Assembly: GCA_947565505.1 (NCBI GenBank)
Contig: CANOGH010000001.1
Coordinates: 1 to 48,241 of the forward strand
From: an uncultured Candidatus Saccharibacteria bacterium
GTDB lineage: Bacteria; Patescibacteriota; Saccharimonadia; Saccharimonadales; Saccharimonadaceae
Direction: 5' to 3'
Length of the DNA stretch: 48,241 nt
Shown: piece after piece, positions 25,559 to 36,461 of the stretch
How positions within the stretch are numbered: the first letter of the stretch is position 1
Layout of the letters: each line of letters opens with the position of its first letter
The notes under the pieces: model-generated
What the model was told of the DNA's origin: nothing
What the model saw: the letters and a program-made list of their open reading frames with translations, nothing else
Database searches by the model: none
Translations under genes and position numbers: made by a program

Positions 25559-28168
25559 TTATTTTTTTACCACTTTCCACTTTTGGGCTTCGGTGTTATT
25601 AACATTCCAAATTTCAATATTGGTATTGTTGGCGGTATTGCCACCTGATAGATCTAGGGCACGGCTAGGAGTACATAGTGATAATAATGTAATGCTACCA
25701 TCTTCATTGCTTAGAGCCTTCCAACGCTGTGCGCAGGTGGAATTACGTGACCAAAGCTGGACGTTAGTACCTTGAGCTGTATTTCCATTGGTAATATCTA
25801 AGGATCGTCCTGTGGTGGGATTGATAACATAGTATGAGTCTGTACCGGAGTCGTAAGTGAATTGCCAATTTTGAGCCCAAGCGCCGTTAGTCTGCCAGAG
25901 TTTAATATTGGTGCCGTTTGCGTTAAGAGAATTGTGGATATCTACGGCTTTTCCGTAGTCGAGCTTACTGAGAATGTTATAGGTGCCATCAGCAATGGTT
26001 TTGCCAGTGTAGAGCTGCCATTTTTGAGCTTTACTACCATTGGTTTGCCAGAGTTGAATGTTGGTATTAGCGCTTGCTTCAGCGTTGAAGATATCGGCAA
26101 CCATTCCAGGGGCGCAGGCTGACTCAAAAGTGAGGTAACCGTCACTTGTCTGATAGATTTTCCAGTGCTGGGCGCAAGTAGCGTTGTAGCTCCAAGTTCG
26201 GATATTAGAACCATTAGTGGTCCCAGCATCAAAGATGTCTAAGACGCGATTAGTAGACATATTGGTTAGCTTATAGTAGCTTGTGTTATTAACTTGCTCG
26301 ATTTTCCATTTTGAGCTTTTAGCGTTCTTATCGGTAGCTAATTGGGCGTTGTTGGAAGCGTTTGTTCCGATGACGTAATTACTAGATATAGCTGATGATA
26401 GGGCGTATGTGCCGTTGGGGATATTGATTGGTGTGCCGGAAACCGGTTTTACCACTTTCCACTTTTGGGCTTCGGTGTTATTAACATTCCAAATTTCAAT
26501 ATTGGTATTGTTGGCGGTATTGCCACCTGATAGATCTAGGGCACGGCTAGGAGTACATAGTGATAATAATGTAATGCTACCATCTTCATTGCTTAGAGCC
26601 TTCCAACGCTGTGCGCAGGTGGAATTACGTGACCAAAGCTGGACGTTAGTACCTTGAGCTGTATTTCCATTGGTAATATCTAAGGATCGTCCTGTGGTGG
26701 GATTGATAACATAGTATGAGTCTGTACCGGAGTCGTAAGTGAATTGCCAATTTTGAGCCCAAGCGCCGTTAGTCTGCCAGAGTTTAATATTGGTGCCGTT
26801 TGCGTTAAGAGAATTGTGGATATCTACGGCTTTTCCGTAGTCGAGCTTACTGAGAATGTTATAGGTGCCATCAGCAATGGTTTTGCCAGTGTAGAGCTGC
26901 CATTTTTGAGCTTTACTACCATTGGTTTGCCAGAGTTGAATGTTGGTATTAGCGCTTGCTTCAGCGTTGAAGATATCGGCAACCATTCCAGGGGCGCAGG
27001 CTGACTCAAAAGTGAGGTAACCGTCACTTGTCTGATAGATTTTCCAGTGCTGGGCGCAAGTAGCGTTGTAGCTCCAAGTTCGGATATTAGAACCATTAGT
27101 GGTCCCAGCATCAAAGATGTCTAAGACGCGATTAGTAGACATATTGGTTAGCTTATAGTAGCTTGTGTTATTAACTTGCTCGATTTTCCATTTTGAGCTT
27201 TTAGCGTTCTTATCGGTAGCTAATTGGGCGTTGTTGGAAGCGTTTGTTCCGATGACGTAATTACTAGATATAGCTGATGATAGGGCGTATGTGCCGTTGG
27301 GGATATTGATTGGTGTGCCGGAAACGCTAAATTGGGTGCTACCAAACCAGTCGGTGAAGTATAAGTAGAAGTTTCTGTTGCCATACGATGAGCAGCCATC
27401 ACCAGTACCATATCCCGCGCTGAGCGCAGCATTGTTGGGCTGATATGGCGTATATCGGTATAGGGCTGCGGTAGCACGATTTTCTATATATACTTGGGTT
27501 TTGCCACAAGCGGCGTTTGGATGGTAACCGACATAAACGCCGTTACGTTTTTCCGGATAAACAGAATACCCATTATCAAGGACGTGCCTGAAAAGTGCTG
27601 CCGCGTTACGTATTTGGTTTTTAAAGCCGTAATATTTTGAGTCACATGCTGCGGTATCAGGACAGCCGTAACCAGTAGCTTTGCGGTAATCATGATCGTT
27701 GGGGATAGGGTCGGTGATAAGGCTGGTCTCCTTTTCTAATAGTACCAAGAGAACTTGTGGGTTGATTTTGTAATCCTGACCTGCTTGCCAAATAATCTCG
27801 GCGGCAGTTTGTCCGGTGCCAATGGTTTGACCATCGCCAAAGCGCTCTTCAGAAAGACAAACAAAGTGTCCATCTTTCCAATGCCACTTGTAGTTTGGCC
27901 GGGCGCCGGAAAGCTGCAGATAATAATTATAATCACGATTATTGCAGCTATTTTTGGAGGTTAAAAAGTTTTGAATATCTTGTACTGACATTGAATTATG
28001 ATTTGACATTACTGCGTCACTAATAATGTTACCAGCGCGAAATCCACTAGTTGAAGCTGCTATACTGTTTCTAGTGTAGCTAGTAATTGTCAGAAATGCT
28101 GAGCTGAGTAGCAATGTTGTCAGTATGGATAATAGGGTGAAACTTTTTTTTATTAAATTCTTTCTCAT
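25559..28168 (-). CDS. Secreted protein: conserved N-terminal domain plus four ricin-B (beta-trefoil) lectin domains
   Basis: Signal peptide; INPQVLLVLLEKE..ATGYGCPD..ALYRYTPY N-terminal domain; repeated QxW motifs. Confidence 0.88.
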   Translation of the reverse strand: MRKNLIKKSFTLLSILTTLLLSSAFLTITSYTRNSIAASTSGFRAGNIISDAVMSNHNSMSVQDIQNFLTSKNSCNNRDYNYYLQLSGARPNYKWHWKDGHFVCLSEERFGDGQTIGTGQTAAEIIWQAGQDYKINPQVLLVLLEKETSLITDPIPNDHDYRKATGYGCPDTAACDSKYYGFKNQIRNAAALFRHVLDNGYSVYPEKRNGVYVGYHPNAACGKTQVYIENRATAALYRYTPYQPNNAALSAGYGTGDGCSSYGNRNFYLYFTDWFGSTQFSVSGTPINIPNGTYALSSAISSNYVIGTNASNNAQLATDKNAKSSKWKIEQVNNTSYYKLTNMSTNRVLDIFDAGTTNGSNIRTWSYNATCAQHWKIYQTSDGYLTFESACAPGMVADIFNAEASANTNIQLWQTNGSKAQKWQLYTGKTIADGTYNILSKLDYGKAVDIHNSLNANGTNIKLWQTNGAWAQNWQFTYDSGTDSYYVINPTTGRSLDITNGNTAQGTNVQLWSRNSTCAQRWKALSNEDGSITLLSLCTPSRALDLSGGNTANNTNIEIWNVNNTEAQKWKVVKPVSGTPINIPNGTYALSSAISSNYVIGTNASNNAQLATDKNAKSSKWKIEQVNNTSYYKLTNMSTNRVLDIFDAGTTNGSNIRTWSYNATCAQHWKIYQTSDGYLTFESACAPGMVADIFNAEASANTNIQLWQTNGSKAQKWQLYTGKTIADGTYNILSKLDYGKAVDIHNSLNANGTNIKLWQTNGAWAQNWQFTYDSGTDSYYVINPTTGRSLDITNGNTAQGTNVQLWSRNSTCAQRWKALSNEDGSITLLSLCTPSRALDLSGGNTANNTNIEIWNVNNTEAQKWKVVKK
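25565..27325. repeat. Tandem duplication, period 882 bp (25565-26443 and 26447-27325)
   Basis: The two copies look identical by eye; the alternate-frame ORFs in the track are also duplicated exactly at offset 882. Confidence 0.95.
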
Positions 28169-28170
28169 GT

Positions 28171-28743
28171 CTAGATGTCTATTCCGTCGTTATCAGTTAT
28201 TATTCCAGTTTTTCCGTTACCTGAAAGTTCAATCTTTAAGTTCCAGTGACCTTCGGACAAGTCATTAAGCGGTACTTCAAATGCTGAACAGACTGATGTG
28301 GTGATATCTGCTACCGCCTCTCCATTAAACTTATATTCCTCGCCTGTGGAATTGCTGATTATTAGTGTGCATGTGCCACTATTTTCAAGATATTGATCAA
28401 TTGTTGCAGCAATATAAAGTGTTCCAGCGCTAATGTCTTTCACGCTGATTGATCCAGTTAATTCCTGAGAATCATTAGGATCTTCACCTTCAAATTGAGG
28501 CGGCTTATCACTATCGGTGTCAGTATCGGTCGGATCAATGATGACTGGCTGGTCGGGATCTCGAATGGTGTCTTCTTGGTCTGGAACTGTCGTCGAATCT
28601 TTTGCCGGTTGCAAACTGCTAATAATGAACACGGTAATGGCCGCAATCGCAACGATGATTAATAGAAAAACTACCACAATGATCGGTCGTCGATATGGCG
28701 GTACGCGATGTGTGGATTTAGTTGGGGATTTTGTATTTGTCAT
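28171..28743 (-). CDS. Membrane-anchored protein with an acidic linker and a beta-rich (Ig-like) C-domain
   Basis: N-terminal TM, D/T/P-rich linker, two Cys, GxWNLKI strand pattern. Confidence 0.75.
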   Translation of the reverse strand: MTNTKSPTKSTHRVPPYRRPIIVVVFLLIIVAIAAITVFIISSLQPAKDSTTVPDQEDTIRDPDQPVIIDPTDTDTDSDKPPQFEGEDPNDSQELTGSISVKDISAGTLYIAATIDQYLENSGTCTLIISNSTGEEYKFNGEAVADITTSVCSAFEVPLNDLSEGHWNLKIELSGNGKTGIITDNDGIDI

Positions 28744-28925
28744 AGCCTTTTACTCCTGTAATTTATGATATAGAAGGTCGGTGCAAATGTCAACGTATTT
28801 TTGTGGTAATCGGTAATATTTTAAGGTTGTTTTTATATAAGTGTTGACTAATCTTTATGGGCTACTATCTAGCCAAATGGTTGTTTTTCTTTATTTGTGG
28901 CTGCGGATATGTTAAAATAAACGGT

Positions 28926-30548
28926 ATGGAATGCGTTGTCAAAGATAAAAAAAGTGATTTTACTGCGTCTAGACTGTGGACGTTGCGTTTCGTATGTATC
29001 GTTTTGACGATTGGTGCGGTATTTTCATCTTGGATTTTATTTTTGAGAGCTAATTCGGGTTTGGAGTTAAATTTACCGAAGTATTTAGTGTTGGGCTTTT
29101 TGCTTCTGATACTAGTTGGCGTATTTTGCGTTTTATATAAGAGAAAGCAAGCCACCTGGCTGACTAATAAGTGGTTTTTAACTACTCTGGTTGTAGCTAG
29201 TGTAGCTCTTGGTATTTTGGTGAGATTACTTTTTTTGAAATTTAGTAATGCCTATTCACCGCTTGGCTTCGGTAGTGATACCGGAATCCACTGGTATACT
29301 GGGCAGGAGATTTTGCAAACTGGTAAAATTTCTTCTTTTGATGCCGGCACATATGAGGCAAATTTCCCTTATTTAACTACTTACACCGGTATGGTAGCTT
29401 TATCTATGAAAATTTTTGGGGTAACATATGCCGCAATCTTGATTCCGAACGTGTTGTGTGATTTATTGGTAGCAGGTATTGTTTATTATTTGCTTTTGAA
29501 GTGGAAGGGGCGGCAGACGGCAACATGGGGGGTGGTTTTGGCACTACTTAATCCGTTAAGTGTGTTTTTTTGCGTTGAAGGATTAGCATTATCGTATACA
29601 AATCTTTTTGTAGCCTTAGTATTTTTGGGTGTTTACTTTTTGTGGCATTTTCTAAAGCAGCGACAATATTGGCGGTATTTTTTGGCGGCTTTCGTTGTTG
29701 GTTTATGTTTGTCGTTAGGAAATGCGTTTAGATCACTATTTATAGTATTTTTATTGGCGATTATTATCCTTCTAATGACTGATTTTGCTACTTGTCCGAA
29801 AGCACGGAGGTTCTTTGTAAGATTTTCCGGAATTGCGGTGATTTTATTGACTTTCATGGTTTGCAATTTTGTGATTGATATGGTGCATCATCAGCTTAAT
29901 CCTTATTATCAGGATAAACATGGTTCTCTGGGTTGGAGCTTCTTTGTTGGAGCCAATTATCAAAGTTCGGGGCGTTGGAGTGAACAAGATTGGGATTTAT
30001 TATCTCCTAAGATATATGGCGAGAAAAGTGAAAAGGATGGCGTGGAGATTGTATTAAATGAACCATGGTCCCCTACTGAAATTAATTCAAGCTTTATGCA
30101 GGCTGGTCTTCAGCGCTATCAGGAAATGAGCGTTTTAAACTTACTGTTTCATTTGGTTAACAAGACGGAAATTCTGTTTTGCCGTAATGAAATTACTCTT
30201 TTTCGAAATCTTGAAGAGCAATTTACCAATGTGTTTGGAGTGAAGGAGTGGTACTTATTAGCTAATGATATGGGCATTTGGATGCTAAATATTTTTGCGG
30301 TTTTAGTTTTTATTTTCTGTTGGAAAATGGCTAAAAATGGCTGGAGGCATGAAATAGATTATTTCGGTTATTTTATTGTGCTTTGCTTCTGTGGATTGTT
30401 TGCCAGTTCCCTATTGGTTGAAGTGATGTCCAGATATATATCAGTCTTTGTCGTGCCTTTTACCGTGATGAGTGCGGCGAGCTTGGTGAATTTACTATCT
30501 AGGCTGTCAAATAAACATAGCATTACTAAAGCTCGGTTAGCTAAATAG
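28926..30548 (+). CDS. Polytopic membrane glycosyltransferase (GT-C fold, ArnT/PMT-like)
   Basis: More than 10 TM segments, SD acidic motif in the first loop, VEVMSRY near the C-terminus; probable leaderless start ATG 28926 after TAAAAT. Confidence 0.65.
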   Translation: MECVVKDKKSDFTASRLWTLRFVCIVLTIGAVFSSWILFLRANSGLELNLPKYLVLGFLLLILVGVFCVLYKRKQATWLTNKWFLTTLVVASVALGILVRLLFLKFSNAYSPLGFGSDTGIHWYTGQEILQTGKISSFDAGTYEANFPYLTTYTGMVALSMKIFGVTYAAILIPNVLCDLLVAGIVYYLLLKWKGRQTATWGVVLALLNPLSVFFCVEGLALSYTNLFVALVFLGVYFLWHFLKQRQYWRYFLAAFVVGLCLSLGNAFRSLFIVFLLAIIILLMTDFATCPKARRFFVRFSGIAVILLTFMVCNFVIDMVHHQLNPYYQDKHGSLGWSFFVGANYQSSGRWSEQDWDLLSPKIYGEKSEKDGVEIVLNEPWSPTEINSSFMQAGLQRYQEMSVLNLLFHLVNKTEILFCRNEITLFRNLEEQFTNVFGVKEWYLLANDMGIWMLNIFAVLVFIFCWKMAKNGWRHEIDYFGYFIVLCFCGLFASSLLVEVMSRYISVFVVPFTVMSAASLVNLLSRLSNKHSITKARLAK

Positions 30549-30771
30549 TAATTAGTGAAGGTTAAACAGTTTAGGATCTAGTCGGGTGGTGACTTTGGCA
30601 ATATTTTTTGGGCACAAAATAAGATCTTGTATTGTTTTTTTGAATTCTATAATATGCCGCGAACTCCTTTGATTTATCGGTCAGATTTTATACTCCGTAG
30701 ACAGCTTCATGGACAATAATGAAGGAGTAGACATTAGATGTGATTCGAAAAACTTCTAATAAATAGACTCA

Positions 30772-30848
30772 TGGTGGTTCTTATTGGGCTCGAACCAATG
30801 ACCTTACGAATGTGAATCGTACGCTCTAGCCAGCTGAGCTAAAGAACC
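30772..30848 (-). tRNA. tRNA-Val (anticodon CAC)
   Basis: Full cloverleaf GGTTCTT..TACGA-TTCACAT-TCGTA..GGTTCGAGCC..AAGAACCACCA with encoded CCA. Confidence 0.97.
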
Positions 30849-30947
30849 ATGGAAATTTTTGAGTCTACTTATTAAATTTCTTTCGTGCTGCAATAATTTT
30901 TGGAGAAGTTGATGATTTCGTTCCCCTTCTGTGCTATAATAGCACAA

Positions 30948-31997
30948 ATGAATGATAAATACCAGAATTTAAAGCAAGAAAAAGGTAAAATTGAAGCTTT
31001 TTTGGCCCAGCCAGAGGCGTATGCGGATGCAAGTTTCGCGGAGCAATCCCGACGTTTGGCAGAGATTAATGAGATTTTGGATCTTGCGATGCAGATTGAA
31101 AAGAAGACGAAGGAACTAGCTGGTGCCGAGGAATTACTGAGTGATCCCGAGCTGAGTGAGATGGCTAAGGCGGATGTTGAGGCGTTAGCAGCGGAAATCG
31201 AGCGATTGGAGGGTGATTTAGAAGAAAAGTTGCTGCCGAGTGATCCGAACGATGATAAGCCTGCGATCGTAGAAATTCGGGCGGGTGCTGGTGGTGATGA
31301 GGCTTCGTTGTTTGCTAATGAGCTCTTGAGAATGTATTTGCGTTATGCGGAGCGTCATCAGCTAAAATCGGAGCTAATGTCAAAGAACGAGAATGAGGCG
31401 GGTGGCTTAAAGGAGGCGATTGTGCGTTTTTCTGGCGCCAAGCCTTATGGACAGCTAAAATTTGAAGGTGGGGTACATCGTGTGCAGCGGGTACCAGTGA
31501 CGGAATCTCAGGGTCGGATTCATACTTCGACTGCGACAGTGGCGGTTTTGCCGGAAGTAGCAGAGACGGAGGTCGAGATCAAACCCGAGGATTTAAGAAT
31601 TGATATTTATCGGTCGGGCGGACATGGTGGTCAAGGCGTAAACACAACGGATTCAGCAGTACGTATTACTCATTTGCCGACCGGTATTATGGTGGCGATG
31701 CAAGACGAACGCTCGCAACAGCAGAATCGAGCTAAGGCAATGGCAGTACTGCGTAGTCGATTGGTAGAACGCAAGTTACAAGAAGATCGGCAAGCGGCTA
31801 GTGATGCAAGAAAAAGCTTGATTGGCTCAGGTGATCGCAGCGAGAAGATTCGAACCTACAATTTTCCGCAGGATCGGGTAACTGATCACCGGATTCACTA
31901 TTCAAGATCTAATATTCCGGCAGTGATGGATGGTGACATTGAGGATCTGGTGCAAGAACTTGCGCGACATGAGCGTGAGATGATGGCGATCAAATAG
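30948..31997 (+). CDS. prfA: Peptide chain release factor 1
   Basis: GAGGDEA, RVPVTE (PxT) and GGQ motifs; probable leaderless start ATG 30948. Confidence 0.97.
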   Translation: MNDKYQNLKQEKGKIEAFLAQPEAYADASFAEQSRRLAEINEILDLAMQIEKKTKELAGAEELLSDPELSEMAKADVEALAAEIERLEGDLEEKLLPSDPNDDKPAIVEIRAGAGGDEASLFANELLRMYLRYAERHQLKSELMSKNENEAGGLKEAIVRFSGAKPYGQLKFEGGVHRVQRVPVTESQGRIHTSTATVAVLPEVAETEVEIKPEDLRIDIYRSGGHGGQGVNTTDSAVRITHLPTGIMVAMQDERSQQQNRAKAMAVLRSRLVERKLQEDRQAASDARKSLIGSGDRSEKIRTYNFPQDRVTDHRIHYSRSNIPAVMDGDIEDLVQELARHEREMMAIK

Positions 31998-32137
31998 GCT
32001 ACATTTTTGTTTGTCAAGGGTTTTGTACAAATATTTTAGACAAAATGTTGTAAAACTTACAACATTGGGCTTAAAAATGGATAAATTTATTGATTATTTA
32101 ACAAATTTATGTTACAATAAGGAGAGAGGATGATTCT

Positions 32138-33310
32138 ATGACGTTGCGAGATTGGTTAAAGGGTGCCAAAACTAAGGTAGATAGTTTAGATGCAGAATTG
32201 ATTGCGTTGAATTGTTTTGTGATTGATCCGGAGAAGCGTGACCGAAGTTGGATCACGCTGAATGAACAGCGTGATTTATTAGATATTATGAAAGTGCAGG
32301 TGCTGCCAGAGCGGCAGACAGTGATGCAGGTGCGAAGAGTAGGAGAGAAGTATGTGACGGCATGGGTACCCAAAAAGCTGGGAATTGCTGATGTATCAAT
32401 GGCGTCGATCTATTCTTATAAAGATACGATTCGTAATACTTTTGGGGAGTTAGATTTCGAGAAATATTTGGCTCGCGCTGAGTGGACGGTAGATATGCGG
32501 GCTAAAGGCGTGCCGTTAGCTTATTTGACTGGACACCAAGAATTTTATGGTCGACAATTTTTAGTATCACCAGATGTTTTGATTCCTAGGGTAGAGACGG
32601 AGGCGTTGATTGATCTAGTGAAAGGCTTAAAGTTGTCCAACAATCCTCGGATTTTGGAAGTAGGAACGGGTAGTGGTTGCGTGGCGATTACCTTAGGGCA
32701 GGAGCTGCCGCAGGCGAGAATTTATGCGACAGACATTAGTGATTCGGCGTTGGACGTTGCGGATGTCAATAACGATTTTTATGGTCAACGTGTAGAATTA
32801 AGTTGGTCAAATATGTTGGGTGAATTTATTGAGACCGAGTGTGGCGGTGCCGTGGATTTTGATGTTGTCGTGGCTAATTTGCCTTATGTGAGCAAGGAAT
32901 GGGAGTGGGTAGATCAGTCTCAGTTGAGTTTTGAACCGCAGAGAGCGTTATATGCACGAGCTCATAATGGCCTATCTTTTTATAAGCGACTTTTTAAAGA
33001 GTTGTATAGTGATACTTCGACTGATTACGTTGTTGTTGAGGCGGATCCGTGTCAGCATCAGGATTTGATCAAATTGGCTAGGTGGCGTGATTTTATTCAT
33101 GTGCAAACTTTGGGGTATGGCTTATTGTTTGAGAACCGTTTTCGATATTGGTGGGATTATGGCGAACAGAAATTAGTGCATAAGACTGAAGCGGAGTTGG
33201 CAGATGAATCTGATAAGTACGCTAAATGTAAAAACTATGAGGCGTTTACGAACCAGGAACTGAAAGCGCGTCGTGAGCCTGCAGCGGAGTGTGAAGAGTG
33301 GTTTCGCTAA
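32138..33310 (+). CDS. prmC: Release-factor glutamine methyltransferase with insertions
   Basis: PLAYLTG..FYG..VLIPRVETE, EVGTGSGC, ANLPY; downstream of prfA. Confidence 0.9.
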   Translation: MTLRDWLKGAKTKVDSLDAELIALNCFVIDPEKRDRSWITLNEQRDLLDIMKVQVLPERQTVMQVRRVGEKYVTAWVPKKLGIADVSMASIYSYKDTIRNTFGELDFEKYLARAEWTVDMRAKGVPLAYLTGHQEFYGRQFLVSPDVLIPRVETEALIDLVKGLKLSNNPRILEVGTGSGCVAITLGQELPQARIYATDISDSALDVADVNNDFYGQRVELSWSNMLGEFIETECGGAVDFDVVVANLPYVSKEWEWVDQSQLSFEPQRALYARAHNGLSFYKRLFKELYSDTSTDYVVVEADPCQHQDLIKLARWRDFIHVQTLGYGLLFENRFRYWWDYGEQKLVHKTEAELADESDKYAKCKNYEAFTNQELKARREPAAECEEWFR

Positions 33311-33513
33311 GTTTGCTAATCTAACAACTGGTGCAGAGCTGGATTATGGAGTAGGGGTGTTAGTGGGTTGCCGAGGTGAGAGTTTTCCGTAGTGCAACTT
33401 TTAAGGTTGCTATTTTTTTGATATCTGGTGATCCAGACTGAAAGTGTAGCAAAAAGTTAATAATTTTAATAGAGTTGCGGTATATTTTTCGTGTGCATCC
33501 CTCATGATCAAGA

Positions 33514-33541
33514 ATCGCATGGAGGTGGCTCTCCATGCGAT
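33514..33541. terminator. GC-rich hairpin between convergent prmC and htrA
   Basis: ATCGCATGGAG-GTGGCT-CTCCATGCGAT, 11-bp stem. Confidence 0.65.
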
Positions 33542-33582
33542 GAGGTCAGGTTAATTTTTCTATTCCTTCAAATGTAGCCAGA

Positions 33583-34908
33583 CTAGTTTTTGTTGGTCGT
33601 GGTCTTCGTGTTGATTTCGTTGTAGCTACCGAGAGTGACCTTAATTCCGGTCTCTTTTTGATCTCTCAGGACGGTCAACTGGACTGTGTCCCCGGGGCGA
33701 TATTCGCCGAGGAGTGAGGAGAGCGAGCTGGAGCTGCCAATCTTGACGCCGTTAACCGCCGTAATGATGTCTTTATCTTTAATTCCGGCTTTATCAGCTG
33801 GGCCACCAGAAATGATTGGCGAATATTGTTGGTTACTGTAAACGTAGGCGCCTTGCGAAACTGGTAGGTTGAGGCTGGTAGCTAAGTCTGGCGTGATGTT
33901 TAGATAGTAGATTCCGATATAGGCTCGGTCGGCTTTGTTGTTTTCTAGAACTTCTTTTAGCATTCCCTTAACGCTGGAAATTGGAATGGCAAAACCGATA
34001 CCATCAGCGTTGGTTGAGGTGGCTGTGTTGATGCCGATCACTTCGCCAGCAGCATTAACTAGTGGTCCACCGGAGTTACCGCCGTTAATGGCGGCGTCAG
34101 TTTGGATCATATCAGTGAGAGATTCGGCGGATGATCCAGTACTATCAGTAGCAATTAGAGATCTACCAGTACCAGAAATGACGCCCGCAGTGATAGTATT
34201 TTGATATTGACCAAGAGCGTTGCCAATGGCAATGACTTGTTGTCCGGCGGTGAGGGTCTTAGAGTCGCCTAGGGTTACTGTAGGCAGATTATTGGCATTG
34301 TCAATTTTGAGGAAGGCAACATCATTTAATGGATCACTACCAATTAGTTTAACGTTCGTAAAAGTGGTGCCATCATCTAGGACTACACTAATAGTGTTAG
34401 CTCCGTCTACTACATGTTTGTTGGTTAGTACGTATCCGTCCTGAGAGATGATCATGCCAGTGCCAGCAGAGGTGGCGGTATCACTACCAAACCAGCTAGT
34501 TGTGCGAGTTTCGGTAACGATGGATACTACTCCTGGAGCTACTTTACTGGCGATTTCAGCAATTGACCCTTCGGTGAAATTGGCGGAGTTGCCGTCGGTG
34601 CCGTCCCCAAGTAGGGTGAGGGGTACGTCGTTACGTAAGATGTCATAGATCATGTAAGTGAAGCTACAGGCAGAGGCAACCAGGGCGATCGAGACCAGAA
34701 CAATGATAGTGGAACGAAAATCAAGGCTAGAAGGCTGATTGCTCTTGCGGCCGGTAGTGACTTTAGTAGATTGCTTGATCTTTTGATCCGGATTTTTGGT
34801 TGAATCTTTGATGTTTTTGGCTGGGCTAGTGTCGGTTGGGTTTGTGGGTGCATTTTGTGTTTGATTAGTGTTTGCTTCTTCTGATTTTGTTAAATCTTTA
34901 GTATCCAT
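33583..34908 (-). CDS. htrA: HtrA/DegP serine protease with a PDZ domain
   Basis: TNKHV, DVAFLK, DAAINGGNSGGPL; one TM and one PDZ domain. Confidence 0.95.
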   Translation of the reverse strand: MDTKDLTKSEEANTNQTQNAPTNPTDTSPAKNIKDSTKNPDQKIKQSTKVTTGRKSNQPSSLDFRSTIIVLVSIALVASACSFTYMIYDILRNDVPLTLLGDGTDGNSANFTEGSIAEIASKVAPGVVSIVTETRTTSWFGSDTATSAGTGMIISQDGYVLTNKHVVDGANTISVVLDDGTTFTNVKLIGSDPLNDVAFLKIDNANNLPTVTLGDSKTLTAGQQVIAIGNALGQYQNTITAGVISGTGRSLIATDSTGSSAESLTDMIQTDAAINGGNSGGPLVNAAGEVIGINTATSTNADGIGFAIPISSVKGMLKEVLENNKADRAYIGIYYLNITPDLATSLNLPVSQGAYVYSNQQYSPIISGGPADKAGIKDKDIITAVNGVKIGSSSSLSSLLGEYRPGDTVQLTVLRDQKETGIKVTLGSYNEINTKTTTNKN

Positions 34909-34922
34909 GTTGTATAACCTCC

Positions 34923-35711
34923 TTAGTAAATATTAAATCTTGGTTGACTAAATCCAATTACAAGTACCGCAATCACAGCGACGCTAAAAATGATGGGTAG
35001 AGCCACCTCGGTAAAACGAATTTTGTGGCGGTGCTCGCTAGCGTAACTGTAGATTTTGTAAAAGGCAAATGTAAGAACGGATAAGATGATGCCGAGTTGA
35101 GATAGGCAGATACCAGTATCGTTGATAGTGTATATAATTAACCATGAGTGAGCCATCCAGGCGATTTCGGCATAGATTAAGCCACCAATTGAAGATATAA
35201 ATAAATAGTCTTCGTCATTGTTTTGGATGACGATATGATGAATGGCGGCGAAGCCGATAAGGAAACAAGACAAGACAAGAACGGCAGCATCGAAGTTGGC
35301 AGTGAGAATGGCGGCAGCAGTCGCTCCTAGTAGAGTTGCGAAAACTGCTTGAATAGTAGTAAAGAAAGCTGACGAACGGGGCTTGATAGCGATTAACCAG
35401 ATAGCATAGCCAGCCATAAGGACGTAATGTGCAGGTTGTAAATCGGAGGTACCGGTAGCATAGGCCAATAGAACAAAGCTGGTACCAACAATAAAGTCAA
35501 CAAGGTTGGCACGCAGATTTAGTAGCCAGTAACGGTGGTTAACAGCAAAAACTCGCCACTTGGAGATAAATACCAGAACGAGTCCAATGCCAAAATTACC
35601 CGTAATCACGGTTGCTAAAATTGAGGCAATCGCTAGCATAAGATTAAGTACGGCATGAATTATCGTACTTAATAAATTGCGACTGCGACGAATAAAAATA
35701 TAATCTGACAT
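34923..35711 (-). CDS. Multi-pass membrane protein of unknown function
   Basis: About 8 TM segments, SKWRVFAV..RYW motif; TATAAT 6 nt before the ATG. Confidence 0.8.
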   Translation of the reverse strand: MSDYIFIRRSRNLLSTIIHAVLNLMLAIASILATVITGNFGIGLVLVFISKWRVFAVNHRYWLLNLRANLVDFIVGTSFVLLAYATGTSDLQPAHYVLMAGYAIWLIAIKPRSSAFFTTIQAVFATLLGATAAAILTANFDAAVLVLSCFLIGFAAIHHIVIQNNDEDYLFISSIGGLIYAEIAWMAHSWLIIYTINDTGICLSQLGIILSVLTFAFYKIYSYASEHRHKIRFTEVALPIIFSVAVIAVLVIGFSQPRFNIY

Positions 35712-35819
35712 GTCTTCATTATAGCAAAGTTAGATTAAAATAACTTCAAAAAAATGAGGATTGTGTTTGAATTTTGTAGAAAGTTGTCGTTTTGCAAATA
35801 AACGTGGTACAATAAGTTA

Positions 35820-36461
35820 ATGGAACAGAAACCAAAATTTTTTCAAAAGCATCCCTTACTTAAAGATATTTTAAGTTTGGTGGTGTTTGTCGTATTCATT
35901 GTTTTGGGTACGGTCGTTTTAAATACTTTTGTATTTCGCTCATACAATGTTGTGGGGTCTAGTATGTTAAACACGCTAGAAAATGAGGATCGAATTATTG
36001 TGAATCGGCTGGCAGTTTCTTTGGCGCATTTTATGGGCAAGGAATATATTCCAGAACGTGGGCAGATTATTGTGTTTGCAAATGGAGAGGCTTCGGGGCC
36101 TCTGACTTGCGGTGCACCAGATAATCAGAATGATCAGTATATTATTAAACGAGTCATTGCTTTTCCGGGGGAGCGAGTAACAGTTAAGGACGGTAAATTA
36201 ACGGTTTATAATGAGGAGCATCCTGATGGTTTTTCTCCGGATGATGATACGCGAGTAGATGAAAATAATGGTCCTAAAGAATATACTTCGGGTGAGGTTG
36301 ACATTACGGTGCCAAAGGGCGAACTTTTTGTGGCGGGCGATAACCGTGAAGGTTCACATTCTTTCGATTCGCGTTCTGGGTTGGGTACGATTCCCTATTG
36401 CCGCGTGATCGGTCCGGCCAGTATGAGAATTTATCCCTTTACTAAGTTTAGATTCTTCTAG
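35820..36461 (+). CDS. lepB: Signal peptidase I
   Basis: VGSSM, YIIKRVIAFPGE, GDNR..SFDSR. Confidence 0.95.
   Translation: MEQKPKFFQKHPLLKDILSLVVFVVFIVLGTVVLNTFVFRSYNVVGSSMLNTLENEDRIIVNRLAVSLAHFMGKEYIPERGQIIVFANGEASGPLTCGAPDNQNDQYIIKRVIAFPGERVTVKDGKLTVYNEEHPDGFSPDDDTRVDENNGPKEYTSGEVDITVPKGELFVAGDNREGSHSFDSRSGLGTIPYCRVIGPASMRIYPFTKFRFF

Noticed and set aside
25565-27325. Diversity-generating retroelement template/variable repeat pair
   Set aside because: The copies look identical with no adenine-specific mismatches, are too long, and there is no reverse transcriptase in the window
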